This document shows positions 25,400 through 36,895 of a stretch of 64,000 bases of DNA, one piece after another. Source of the stretch: the human T2T-CHM13v2.0 reference genome, Homo sapiens; assembly GCF_009914755.1 (NCBI RefSeq), contig NC_060928.1. One strand, given 5' to 3'. Below the pieces are notes generated by a model. The model ran no database searches and had not been told where the DNA came from. It saw only the letters and a list, made by a program, of their open reading frames with translations. Position 1 is the stretch's first letter. Each line of letters opens with the position of its first letter. The position numbers and the translations under genes were made by a program.

Positions 25400-27530
25400 A
25401 ATGTGGTCAAAAAAGATACCTGATATGATTTCAATATTCTTAAATTTGTTTAGTCTTGTTTTGTGGCCTAACATATGATCTATCCTGGAGAACGTTCTGT
25501 GTGTACATGAGAAGAATGTGTATTCTGCTGCTGTTGGATGGAATGTTCTTATGTCTGATAGGTCCAGTTGATCTAACACATAGTTTAAATCTGGTGTTTC
25601 CTTATTGATTTTCTGTCTGAATTATCTCCATTGCTAGAAGTGGAGTATTGAAGTCAAATACTATTGTATTACAGTCTATCTCTTTCTTCAGATATATTAC
25701 TATTTGCTTGATATATTTAAGTGCTGTAATATGAGGTGCTTATGTATTTACAACTGTTATATCTTCTTGCTGAATTGACCCCTTTATCATTATATAAGTA
25801 CCTTCTTAGTCTCATTTTACAGTTTTTGACTTAAAGTCTATTTTATTTGATATAAGTATGCCACTACTTCTCTCTTTTGGTTTCCATTTGCATGGAATAT
25901 ATTTTTCCATGCTTTCATTTTCAGTTTATGTGTGCCCTTACGGGTGAAGTGAGCCTCTTATGGGCAATATATAGTTGTGTCTTGTTTTTGTTGTCTGTTT
26001 GTCTGTTTGTTTTATTCATTCAGCCACTCTGTCTTTTGACTGGAGAGTTTAATCCATCTACATTCAAGGTAATTATTAATAAAGACTTGCTGCTGTAATT
26101 TGTTCATTGTTTTCTGGTTATTTTGTAGATTCTTTGTTCCTTTCTTCGTCTCTTGCTGTCTTCCTTTTTGACTAAATTATTTTCTCCAGTGGTATGCTTT
26201 CTATGGCAGTATGATTCCTTAATTTTTAGCTTGTGTATATCTACTGCAGGATTTTGCTTTGTGATTACCATGAGACTTACAAAAAGCAGCTTATAATTAT
26301 AATAGGCTATTTTAAGCTGATAACAGCTTAACCTATGATTTTACTCCAAACTCTCCAAAAGCATTTTATTTTTTGTGTGTCACAATTGACAATTTTGTAT
26401 TGTATCTCCCTTAAAAATTATTGTAGCTATGATTATTTTAATAGTTTTATCTTTTATCATAATAAAGATATAAATTATTTACACACCAATATTAAAACAT
26501 GAAAGTATTTTCAATATGAACATGTACTTACTTTGACCAGTGAGTTTTGTATGTTCATGTTTTTGTGTTACAAAGTAGCATCATTTTTTTAAGCTTGAAG
26601 AACTCCCTTAGCATTCCCTGTAAGGCAGATTTGGTGCTGATGAATTCATTCAGCTTTGGTTTGTCTGGGAGTTTATATCTCTTCTTTATTTCTGAAGAAT
26701 AGCTTTGTCACATGCAGTATTATTGGTCACCATTTTTTCCCTTCAGCACTTTGAATATATCATCACATTCTCTCCTGGCCTCTCTCTTTTTAAAAGGTCC
26801 TTGCTGAGAAATCTGCCAATATTGGAACTGTCTTATATGCTATTTGCTTCATTTCTCTTGCTGCTTACAGGATCCTCTCTTTGTCTTTGATTTTTAAGAG
26901 TTTGCTTATAATATGGCTTGCTGTAGTCTTATTTGGATTGAATCTGATTGGAGATCTTTGAGCTCACAATACCTGGATATGTATATCTTTCTCCAATTTG
27001 GAAAGATTTTTACCATTTTTTGTAATAATAAAAATACTCTATTGTCTTCTCTTCTCCTTCCCAAATGTCTATAACTCAAACATTTGCTCTTTTGATGGCA
27101 AACTGTAAATTTTGTAAACTTTCTTCATTTCTTTTCATTTTTTTTCTTTTTTCTCCTCTGACTGCATATTTTCAAATAATCTGTCTTCGAGTTTACAGAT
27201 TCTTCTGCTTGATCAGTTCTACTGTTGATGCTAGCTAATGCACTTTTCATTTCACTCATTGTATTTTTCAGCTCAGAATTTCTATTTGCTTTTTATATAA
27301 TTTCCATCTCTCTGTTAAATTTCTAGTTTTTGTTATGTATTGTTTTCATGATTTCATTGAATTATTTCTCTGTATTTTTTGAAGTTCACTTAGCACCTTT
27401 AAAACAATTATTTTAATTTTGTCAAGCATTTTGTGTATCTCCATTTCTTTGGGGTCAGTAACTAGGAGATTATTGTGTTATTTTTGTGTAGTTATATCTC
27501 CTTGGGTTTTTTTGTTTGTTTGTTTCTTGA
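25400..27530 (-). mobile_element. Old L1 (L1MA/L1MB-type), ORF1 to ORF2 endonuclease region, decayed
   Basis: ORF 25379-25579 gives RTFHPTAAEYTFFSCTHRTFSRIDHMLGHK...FDH, the L1 endonuclease C-terminus. Confidence 0.9.
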
Positions 27531-27925
27531 AAGACATATTTCAAGATACAAAGACATAATTTTGTTATGAGGGAAAAAAATCAATGTATTCTTTCTATCT
27601 ATGTATAAACATCCTGGACGTGGAATGTTTAAAATATTCAAAGGGGTTGCAATGTCAGCTTAAAAAGCCAAGAGTTTTACTTTTCAGGGGACCAAAGTCA
27701 AGAATTGGAGGCAGGAGGAAAACATAATATAAACAAATTGTTTCTTTCAACACTCTAATAAGTTTTGCTAGCAAAAATGACTGAGCTACCTAACTTCAAG
27801 GCAGTGAGCAAGTCTTCTAGGTTCCATGAACACATCCCACCCACACCACCAGGACATAGATACTCAGTTTTTATTAACATGAAAGGAAAGTTGAAGGGAG
27901 CAGAAATAAGAAATACATCTTACAT

Positions 27926-28315
27926 TTTTAAAAGAAAAGCTTTAGTCAAAATAAATTTAACAGTGTTTGAGTATTAAAGGATTCATGAATCAGGCAGCAG
28001 TCAGAATAGGAAGAGCTGCATTCCAACAGCATGAGTAGCAGGTTTTTTTAGGTTGAACATGGAAGTAAAGTAAAGAAACTACTTTCCTGGTAAAAGCTAG
28101 GTATTTGCCTCATTTGAGTACAGACCAATGGGAGGTCCCTTGTCATATAATCAATCAGCTGGCTGGATGTTTGTGATTGGTTAAGAATTTTTGTTTTGTT
28201 TTTATAATCAGTTATAGAAAATGCCTCCAAACTATATTTTAGTTTGCTTATGTAAGGTGCCGTAGGTACAAAGACAAACTTAGGCTAACAGCCTCCTCCT
28301 TATTCTGTTTTAACA
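27926..28315 (-). mobile_element. ERV1 solo LTR (MER57/LTR54-like)
   Basis: TTAAAAGAAAAGCTTTAGTCAAAATAAATTTAACAG...GATTCATGAATCAGGCAGC, ending TTTTAACA. Confidence 0.65.
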
Positions 28316-29326
28316 CTTTAATCCCCTCCTAAAGTTTTACTATTTAACACATGGAGAAGGAAGCTTAAGTACAATATTTCTAAAGCACTTTCTATTTGAT
28401 TTATAGCTTTAAGATAATTTTAATTCATTTCTTTTCATACTAATAGTTAAATGCAGTACCATATAATATAAAAATATTTTCATATATAGAAGGATTGATA
28501 ATAAATAAATAAATAAAAATATTATTCAGAATAATTGGGCCAAACAGGTAAAAAGAATGGAAAAAAATAGACAATATAATAAAAAATACTTTTCTTAAAT
28601 TATTCAGGTAATTATCTTAATTATTCACTTCAGTTTACATGTGCCAATCCCAGCTTAATAATCACAAAATATCTTCAGAGATTCTTGACACACATTAGAT
28701 AAAATTGGTGATTTCTTTTAAATGTCCATTTAATGGCCAAATTTCTCAATGCCAACACTGAGCAATTACCCAAATTCTAACTAAACATATTATCTTAAAA
28801 AATGAACTCATTAGTCAAATATTTATAATAATCACTGTCACACATGACTACTGTATTCACATTGAAAAGAAGCCCCAATCTCATATGAAAGCACAAAATT
28901 TGAGAATGTACATAACATTGACCCATATTCTTACATATAATTTATTATATAATTATTTAAATATAGTATGGCTTTTATTTTCAAGTTTTTCTGTCATAAA
29001 TTTCACATTAAGCTCCTGTAGAGATGCAAAGGCAACTATATATGTTTGTCTTGCCTGAAAACCAGTTTCTCTTCAATGTATTTTTGTGTATGTTTGTATG
29101 TTTGTAAGTCAAAACTAGTAGATTATACTAATTCAAAAAGGAATTTGGGGTTATAGAAGAACAAAAACAGAATTTGGGGCCTCAGTAATTTTAAACTAGC
29201 AAGTGAAAGAAAACATAAATAGAAATGAAATGATTTTATCTAGGCAATCAACATTTAGGAATCTTCAATACAAAAATGTTCTGGTAAGAATCTCAAAATT
29301 GTAAAATCTCAATTTTTAAAATTTCA

Positions 29327-29510
29327 TTTATTTATTTATTTGATTTTTATTTATTTATTTTTTTGAGACAGAGTCCCGCTCTATTGCCCAGGCTGGAATA
29401 CAGTGGTGTGATCTCAGCTCACTGCAACCTCCAACTCCTGAGTTAAAGTGATTCTTCTGCCTCAGGCTCTTGAGTAGCTGGGACTACAGGTGCACCCCAC
29501 CACACTCGGC

Positions 29511-29545
<35 letters not shown>

Positions 29546-29640
29546 ATTTTTTAGTACAGACAGGGTTTCACCATGTTGCTCAGGCTGGTCTCGAACTTCT
29601 GACCTCAAATGATCCACCCAGCTCAGCCTCCCAAAGTGGT
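29327..29640 (-). mobile_element. Alu (old S/J) missing its first ~30 nt, with an expanded mid-A tract
   Basis: Reverse Alu text; ~31-nt T run in the linker; ends at CCCAAAGTG. Confidence 0.93.
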
Positions 29641-29664
29641 AAAATCCCATTTAAATTTAGATAG

Positions 29665-29958
29665 AGCCAGGCATGGTATCTCATGCCTGTAATCCTAGCA
29701 CTTTGGGAGGCAGAGACTGGCAGATTGCCTGAGTTCAGGAGTTCAAGACCAGCCTGGTCAACATGGTGAAATCCCGTCTTTACTAAAATACAAAAAATTA
29801 GCCCAGCTTGGTGGTGCATGCCTGTAGTCCCAGTTGCTCCGGGAAGCTGAGGCACGAGAATCGCTTGAACCCAGGAGGTGGAGGTTGCAGCGAGCTGAGA
29901 TCATGCCACTGCGCTCCAACCTGGGTGACAGCACAAGACTCTGTTTCTTTAAAAAATA
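29665..29958 (+). mobile_element. AluS
   Basis: Full dimer; TSD TAAATTTAGATAG at 29652-29664 recurs only after the next Alu (30296-30308). Confidence 0.93.
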
Positions 29959-30300
<342 letters not shown>

Positions 30301-30654
30301 TTAGATAGCTATAGATTTTTATAATGAAAATGATTAAAATAATAGAACATGAAAATGTAAACAACAAAAAAAGTTTTACCAGTTTTATGCATTTATTTTA
30401 TTTTTCTAGTCTCACTGAATTGTTTTTCTCCTTTCAGCTTCCCTTTTTGGCTCTTGATGCCTCTTTCCTACAGACATGAGTGCACAGAAAAAGCCAAGCC
30501 CAGGATGTTCTTCTCAGTGAGTGAGTGTTTTGGAAGAGTCTGGAACTGAGAAGAGCCCCTGGGGCACTGCCCCAGGGAATCTGTCCCCACCCTTGTTGGT
30601 CCACAGTTACAGTTGCCCTTGCCCTGACATGAAGTAAAACAATTCTATCTATTC

Positions 30655-30735
30655 AGAAGTGTATCCCCAGTACTTTGCCCAGTATTTGACACATAATAGG
30701 TCCTCTATAAATATCACTCATAAATGAATTGATAC
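30655..30735 (+). mobile_element. L2 3' terminus
   Basis: GTATCCCCAGTAC...TGACACATAATAGG...TAAATGAAT. Confidence 0.6.
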
Positions 30736-30874
30736 CAAATCCCATGTATCCAATTATATTCTAATTACAATAATGTCTGAGAGTCAGCATCATCTGTGAT
30801 GCCTCACATTGAGACATAATCACAATTGATGAATGGATTATATTTAGTGATGTAGGACAAGTGTAGGGAATGCT

Positions 30875-31050
30875 GGGATTACTACCGGCTCTGGTAATGA
30901 CTACTTATGTAATTGTCACAATTTATATGAACTTTCCATGCCTCAGTTTCCTCATCAGTAGTAAATGGAATACTAGTGCCTGCATCATGAACACTTTGTC
31001 TCAATTAAAAAGAGTATAGACACATTTTTAGTGCTTAATTATTGCTACTC
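30875..31050 (+). mobile_element. MIR fragment
   Basis: TGCCTCAGTTTCCTCATC MIR core. Confidence 0.75.
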
Positions 31051-31061
31051 TAATGAAAAGT

Positions 31062-31292
31062 AGCAAGCATTTGGATGATAATCAAAGGACAAACAATTTT
31101 GTCATCATAATAATTCCTGAGTCCAACATATAGATATGACCTAAAATATCACCAGGTAGGTTGCTTAACCTAGCAATGCTATGTACATCAGTGTCTTATT
31201 AGGGTTATCAGCAACCATCCCAGCTTTCTTAGTCACATTTTATACTGAATGGAAGCAAACATTTGGATGATAATCAAAGAACAAACAATTTT
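31062..31292 (+). repeat. Pair of 39-bp direct repeats, 192 bp apart
   Basis: 31062-31100 and 31254-31292 are identical at 37 of 39 positions. Confidence 0.9.
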
Positions 31293-31469
31293 CATTTAAT
31301 CAAAAGACTAAGATAATTCCTTTCCATATGGCTTATCACTGAAGAACTATTTAAAATTCATTGATATGAAAATGATTTTAAAATATGTTACTTCAGTATA
31401 TTATGTAGCAGGATAAAAATATGCATGAAATTTCTAAATTAAAATAGTAAAATGAATTCTATGATTCAG

Positions 31470-31495
31470 ATATATATATATATATATATATATAT
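31470..31495 (+). repeat. (TA)n microsatellite
   Basis: Seen directly. Confidence 0.95.
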
Positions 31496-31547
31496 CTCGA
31501 TATAGATTTCTATGTATGAAAGTTCTAATCAGCCACAATGCAATTAC

Positions 31548-32397
31548 AAGACTAACTTTTTGGAGTTAAGTCAAATTTTACAGGTTAATGGCACAGTCCT
31601 CCACAAGTCTCCTCTCACTTCAGACACTGGCTGCAAGGTCTAGGGTTCCCAAGGTACCTTCACTTCTGACCAACTGAATATAGATCTGGAGATTCCAACT
31701 ACACCCTTTAGATTCAATAATTTGCTGGAATGACTCACAGAACTCAGGAAAACACTATACTTATGATTACAGTTGTCTTATAATGGATACAAATCAGGGC
31801 CAGGCAAAGGAAGTAATGCATAGGGTGAGATCCAAGAGGATCCCAAATGTAAAGCTTCAGTGTCTTCAGGAGATGTCATCATACCGGTACAACCACGCAT
31901 ATCACCAACTAGGAAGCTGACCCAAGCTTCAGATGTCCAGAGTTTTATTGAAGTTCCATTATGTAGGCATAATTGATAGAATAACTGGCCATAAGATTGA
32001 ACTAAATCTCCAGCTCTGCTCCCCTCCACTCCTCAGAGGTAAGGATATCAGGCCTGCAGCACCTGGTTCAGGGTCAAATCCTTAGGCTGGATATAGTGGT
32101 TCATGCCTGTAATCCTAACAATTTGGGAGGCCAAGCCAGGAGGATTACTTGAAGCCAAGAGTTTGAGACCACTCTGAGCAACATGACGAGACCCTGTCTG
32201 TCTGTCTTTAAAAAATAAATAAATAAACAAACAAACAAATTAGCCTGGCATGGTGGTACATGCTTATAGTCCTAGCTATTCAGGAGGCTGAAGGATGAAG
32301 ATCACTTAAGCCCTGAAGTTCAACGTGGCAGTGAACTATGACGGTACCATTGCACTCCAGCCTGGGTGACAGAGTGAGACTCTGTGTCTCTAAAAAA

Positions 32398-32436
<39 letters not shown>

Positions 32437-32647
32437 GTCAAAACCTTTTACTTGCATGGTTGGTCAGTCTTAGCATGGCCATGCCAACCCCCATATGAAA
32501 CTATCTGGGGTCCACCATGAATCACCTTGTTAGTATAAACTCAATTGTGGTCCCAGGTGTCCACCATTCATAACAAAGACATTCCTATCACTGGGGAAAT
32601 TCCAAGAACCAGGGACAAAGGTCAGCAAAATACTTTAGTATTCAACA
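31548..32647 (-). mobile_element. MER21C-like LTR, split by an AluJ
   Basis: GATTCAATAATTTGCTGGAATGACTCACAGAACTCAGGAAAAC and TAACAAAGACATTCCTATCACTGGGGAAATTCCAAG; sequence resumes after the Alu. Confidence 0.8.
32085..32436 (+). mobile_element. AluJ with (TAAA)n tail
   Basis: Divergent Alu dimer; TSD GTCAAATCCTT / GTCAAAACCTT. Confidence 0.92.
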
Positions 32648-33962
32648 TTGGCATTAACTAAAATTGTCCAACATACCTTTGAAACACATTTAAATCAAGT
32701 AAATTATTGACATATTAAATAATATAATTTCCTAGCCATCAATAAATTTAGATTTTTTAAATGCATAATATCATATGTTCATGAGTCAACTGTTACTGAG
32801 ACTACTATCAGTTGTAAATCTAACCATTAACATGAGAGTAATGAGTAGAGTAATGAGTCTCTACTGATTTTAAGGTTTTTGTCTCTCTTGTCAGATACAA
32901 AAGAAAGGCAGGTATCTTTGACCGAAATTTAGACTCAATTTTAAAAGTGCGCCATATTACTTCAAAGACAAAAAGCTCCAAATCTAAGCACCACTGGGTG
33001 GTTAACCCTCAGTCTAGTGACACCATTTGGCATGACTCCTGGAAGAAAACTAATCAGCCATTGTGAAGGGCTAATAACTAGATACCGTGTTGTATGATGT
33101 TGGCCTGTTTTCCAGCTGTGCCAGCTTACTCACCCTCTTGCCTGAGCCTGAATAAGATCCTTGTTTATCAGATACAGACTTTGCTAAAGTCCATGTGACA
33201 ATGTTCCCAGGAACCCTTCCAAGAAATCAAATATGCCTGGTCTTAAAACTGCTTTCAGCATGACTGCTGAGAGGGACCCAGGAAACAAAGAATGGAAGCT
33301 ATTATAGCCACAGTGAAATTGGGAGGTCACAACCACAGTTCTTTAGCTGTCATGAAAATAGCAGTGAACCCAAATAATTCCAAGTAAAGCAAATTTAATT
33401 TTGTGAACAAAAACAAAGAAAAAGAAAACAATGTAGGCCTTGAAAACCAGTTTGTCAATGAACAAGATCAAAGCATCAGGAATTTCTTTTAGACTAGCTC
33501 TCTTTAGTTGTAGAAAATAAACATGAAAAGGAATGCTTTTACCACATTAAGTCTTCAAAGAGAAAAATCCCAGTCTTGTCTAGGGCATGAGCAGCATCAC
33601 TCCCATTTCACAGATTAAAAAGAAAAAGAAATAAAGTCCTTAAGGCAAAACCATGAGCTGATAGAAACTAATATTTATTTAACAAATCACACCACACTGC
33701 TTCTAAAGGAATCTTCAAGGAGATTACACAAAAATTTGTGCTGATGTCCAATTGCGGATACAAATCTTCCCTGTGGATGATGCACACTGATCTGAAAGAA
33801 CTTCTGAGAGAGAAAACAAACTCGTTGGTGAATTCCAAAGGAAAGAGTCTACATATGTCCTTTATATTGTCAGCTTTTCTTTACCAAGATCCTTCATTCC
33901 TAAAATATAAAAATCAATCACTTCCGCTTACAATTTAAAATGTTATACCTCTGTTTCTAACT

Positions 33963-34458
33963 TGTATTAGCTTCCTATTGCTGCTGTAACAAATTGCCAT
34001 ACACTTAGTGCCCTAAAGCAATACAAATTTAGTAGCTTACACTGCTGGAGGTCAGAGGTCTGAAATAGGCCTCTGGGCTAACATCAAGTGTATGCAGGAC
34101 TGCATTCTTCCTGAGGCTCTGGGGAGCATCTGTTTTCTTGGCTTCTCCTGCTTTTGGAGGGCCACTGCATTTCTTGGCTCATTGCCCCATTTGTCCATAT
34201 TCAAAGCCAGCAATGGCCAGTGGAGTCCTTCTCACATGCAATCACTCTGACACTGACTCTTCTGCTTCCTTCTTCCACATTTAAGAAAAGGCTTGTAATT
34301 ATATTGGGCACACCTAGGTAAACCAGAATACTCTCCCTATTTTAAGTTCAATTGATTAGCGACCTTAATTTCATTTGCTACCTTAATTCACCTTGCCATG
34401 TCACCTAATATATTCAAAGGTTCCCAGAATTGAGATACAGGCATCTTTGGAGGCCAAA
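33963..34458 (-). mobile_element. MLT1D MaLR solo LTR
   Basis: TGTATTAGCTTCCTATTGCTGCTGTAACAAATT...TCAAAGCCAGCAATGG...TGATTAGCGACCTTAATT. Confidence 0.85.
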
Positions 34459-34705
34459 GTATACATACATTAAAATTCTATAGTCTAGTTTGATGTAAGA
34501 ACACAATAGTAAAAATATTCAAACTCCCATTTTGTTTCTGCTCTGCAATAAACAAACTTTATGCTGGTTCATCAAAAAAACCATGTGGCCCCTCTGAGTC
34601 TCAGTTTCCTCATTTGGCAATGTTAATAGTCATTAATTCTGAAAACAATTAAACTGAATTCATTGGCGTTATTTGTATTATTCAATGATATATTTTAAAT
34701 AAATC

Positions 34706-34951
<246 letters not shown>

Positions 34952-35099
34952 AACTTTTGTAGCTTTGTATTTTTCTAAACAGATGTGGAGGCTTTTAAAC
35001 AAACATATTCAAATTCTATTTCAACTGCAGATTCAAAATTTGTACACATACATGTATATATAATTCAAAAGATTTTCAGACTATTTATTAACTAATGAT

Positions 35100-36388
35100 T
35101 TTAAAAATACAATTTGAGTAAACAAGCCCTAATGTTAAATTTTGTTTTGTTGATCTCAACTATTAGTTTTACCAAGATCAAACAAAACAAAAAGTAATTA
35201 CTTGAGATTAAATGACAGATTAAGTATGTTTTCATGACTTTTATTTAAAACATTGTTGGTTCTTTAATTAAATATTTTGTTTCCCAGATTAAAAATATTT
35301 TTCTCTCTTAACATGTCTGTAGTTTACAATAATTTGGTAAAGTATACTTTTGTAAACAAAGATAAAAACACTTTTTCTCCCTACTTAGTATCTCCAAAAT
35401 TCAAAAATTATTCAAGTGTATTCCCATTTTTTATAACAATATGGTTATTTATATAAATTTATTAATAATCTGCTCTCTTTATAACAATATACAATTTAAA
35501 ATATTGGTTATATTATCAAGGCTTCGACTAAAATATTATATTTAAATATGTACATAGAATGGCTGGGTTCAAAGTTTCCTTTTTAATTTAACAATGCAAC
35601 ATTATCACTGAAATTTTATAATCAGTAGCTTCTGCTGGTAACTTGACAAAACCTAACCTAAGAGATCCTTTAGTCTACCTAAGAATGAAAACATATTTAA
35701 CACAATTGGATTGAAACCTTTAATTCAACTCAGTCATTGGATGCTAGATGATAAAATTACTGATTAGTTAAAATTTCTAATTAGTTAAATAAGAAAATGT
35801 CTGTACTATTGCTAATACTACATACTATATCTGGCTAAATTCCTCTGGGAAAAGTGAGACCCATATACACATTTTTTTTTTGTAAAGGCCATATGTTTAT
35901 ACTAAGTCTCACCTAATTCCCCAAGGTCATTTAAATTATTGGATTAGTTGCCTGCAAGCCTAGGGTCATGGCTCAAAACTATTATACAAACTGAGGTTAT
36001 TATTTTACTTTATATTTTCCTTTAAAAACTTTATACCTGTTACTTCTTAAATTTGTACAAAAATACAATTCCCAACAAAATAATACTCCCTCAACACTTT
36101 AAAATTAAGGACAAAGCCTACGGAACAAACAGATTAAACTTAAAAATAAACTCCAAGTAGACTTAGCCTGAAAGTCACTTCCTTCCACCCTCCCTTGTTG
36201 TTCAAATGTGGCTAAAAGCGTTTTTGATAATGACTCTTAGTCACCAATCACTTCCCTCCAATGTGAGACCACACTAGACTAAACTTGGACAGGTATATCC
36301 TGAAATAAAGGGACAACAGAAACTTCAGTAAGAGATAATTAATTGATCAGCAATGCTTTCAGAGAAGATCTTAATCAAAAGAGGGAAA
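35100..36388 (+). mobile_element. ERV1 non-autonomous internal sequence (MER4/MER65-int group), 3' part with polypurine tract
   Basis: GGTAAAGTATACTTTTGTAAACA-type MER4-int text; decayed env-TM-like stretch near 35795-35870; PPT AAAAGAGGGAAA abuts the LTR; left boundary approximate. Confidence 0.7.
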
Positions 36389-36837
36389 TGTGCAAATTGT
36401 CAGAATCAAAATGGAGTCACTTATGTTCAAAACTCTGACAAATAGAGCTAGGGGAGGCCTAAAGGAAGGGTTCTCATGCATGAATGCCTGATAACAAGAA
36501 CTACTACTAAAGACTGCAAAAATATAACCCTGCACAAAGGCCATCAAAACCTTGCACACACACAAAAACACTTCTGTGAGGACATCTGTCCAGCAACTGC
36601 CTGAGCAAATTCAAGCTGGCATCATCCTTGTTATTGATCCTTGTAGCCAAGGATAACTATTTCAAAACAATTATGTAATTCTCTTCATGTTTTCTTTAAA
36701 ATTTTTATCTTCTTTTTACTCCCTGAATATGCATATAGTTTATTATGACACATGTATTCCCTCTGCAATGTTTATTCCTAAATAAACATCATTTTCTTTT
36801 ATGGAGTCTCCCTCTCTGTTTGTTATTTAGGTTGACA
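36389..36837 (+). mobile_element. ERV1 3' LTR (MER65-like)
   Basis: TG...CA ends; TGTCAGAATCAAAATGGAGTCAC...CTGACAAATAGAGC; AATAAA near the 3' end; follows the PPT. Confidence 0.8.
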
Positions 36838-36844
36838 ATACTGA

Positions 36845-36895
36845 CACAATTACATTAATTTCAACATTTTGGAGGGGACATTGAAACCATAGTAG
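36845..36895 (-). mobile_element. MaLR (MST-like) LTR end fragment
   Basis: TTTCAACATTTTGGAGGGGACATTGAAACCATAG. Confidence 0.5.

Noticed and set aside
31062-31292. CRISPR-like repeat-spacer-repeat
   Set aside because: Only two copies, a 153-bp spacer, primate context and no cas genes.
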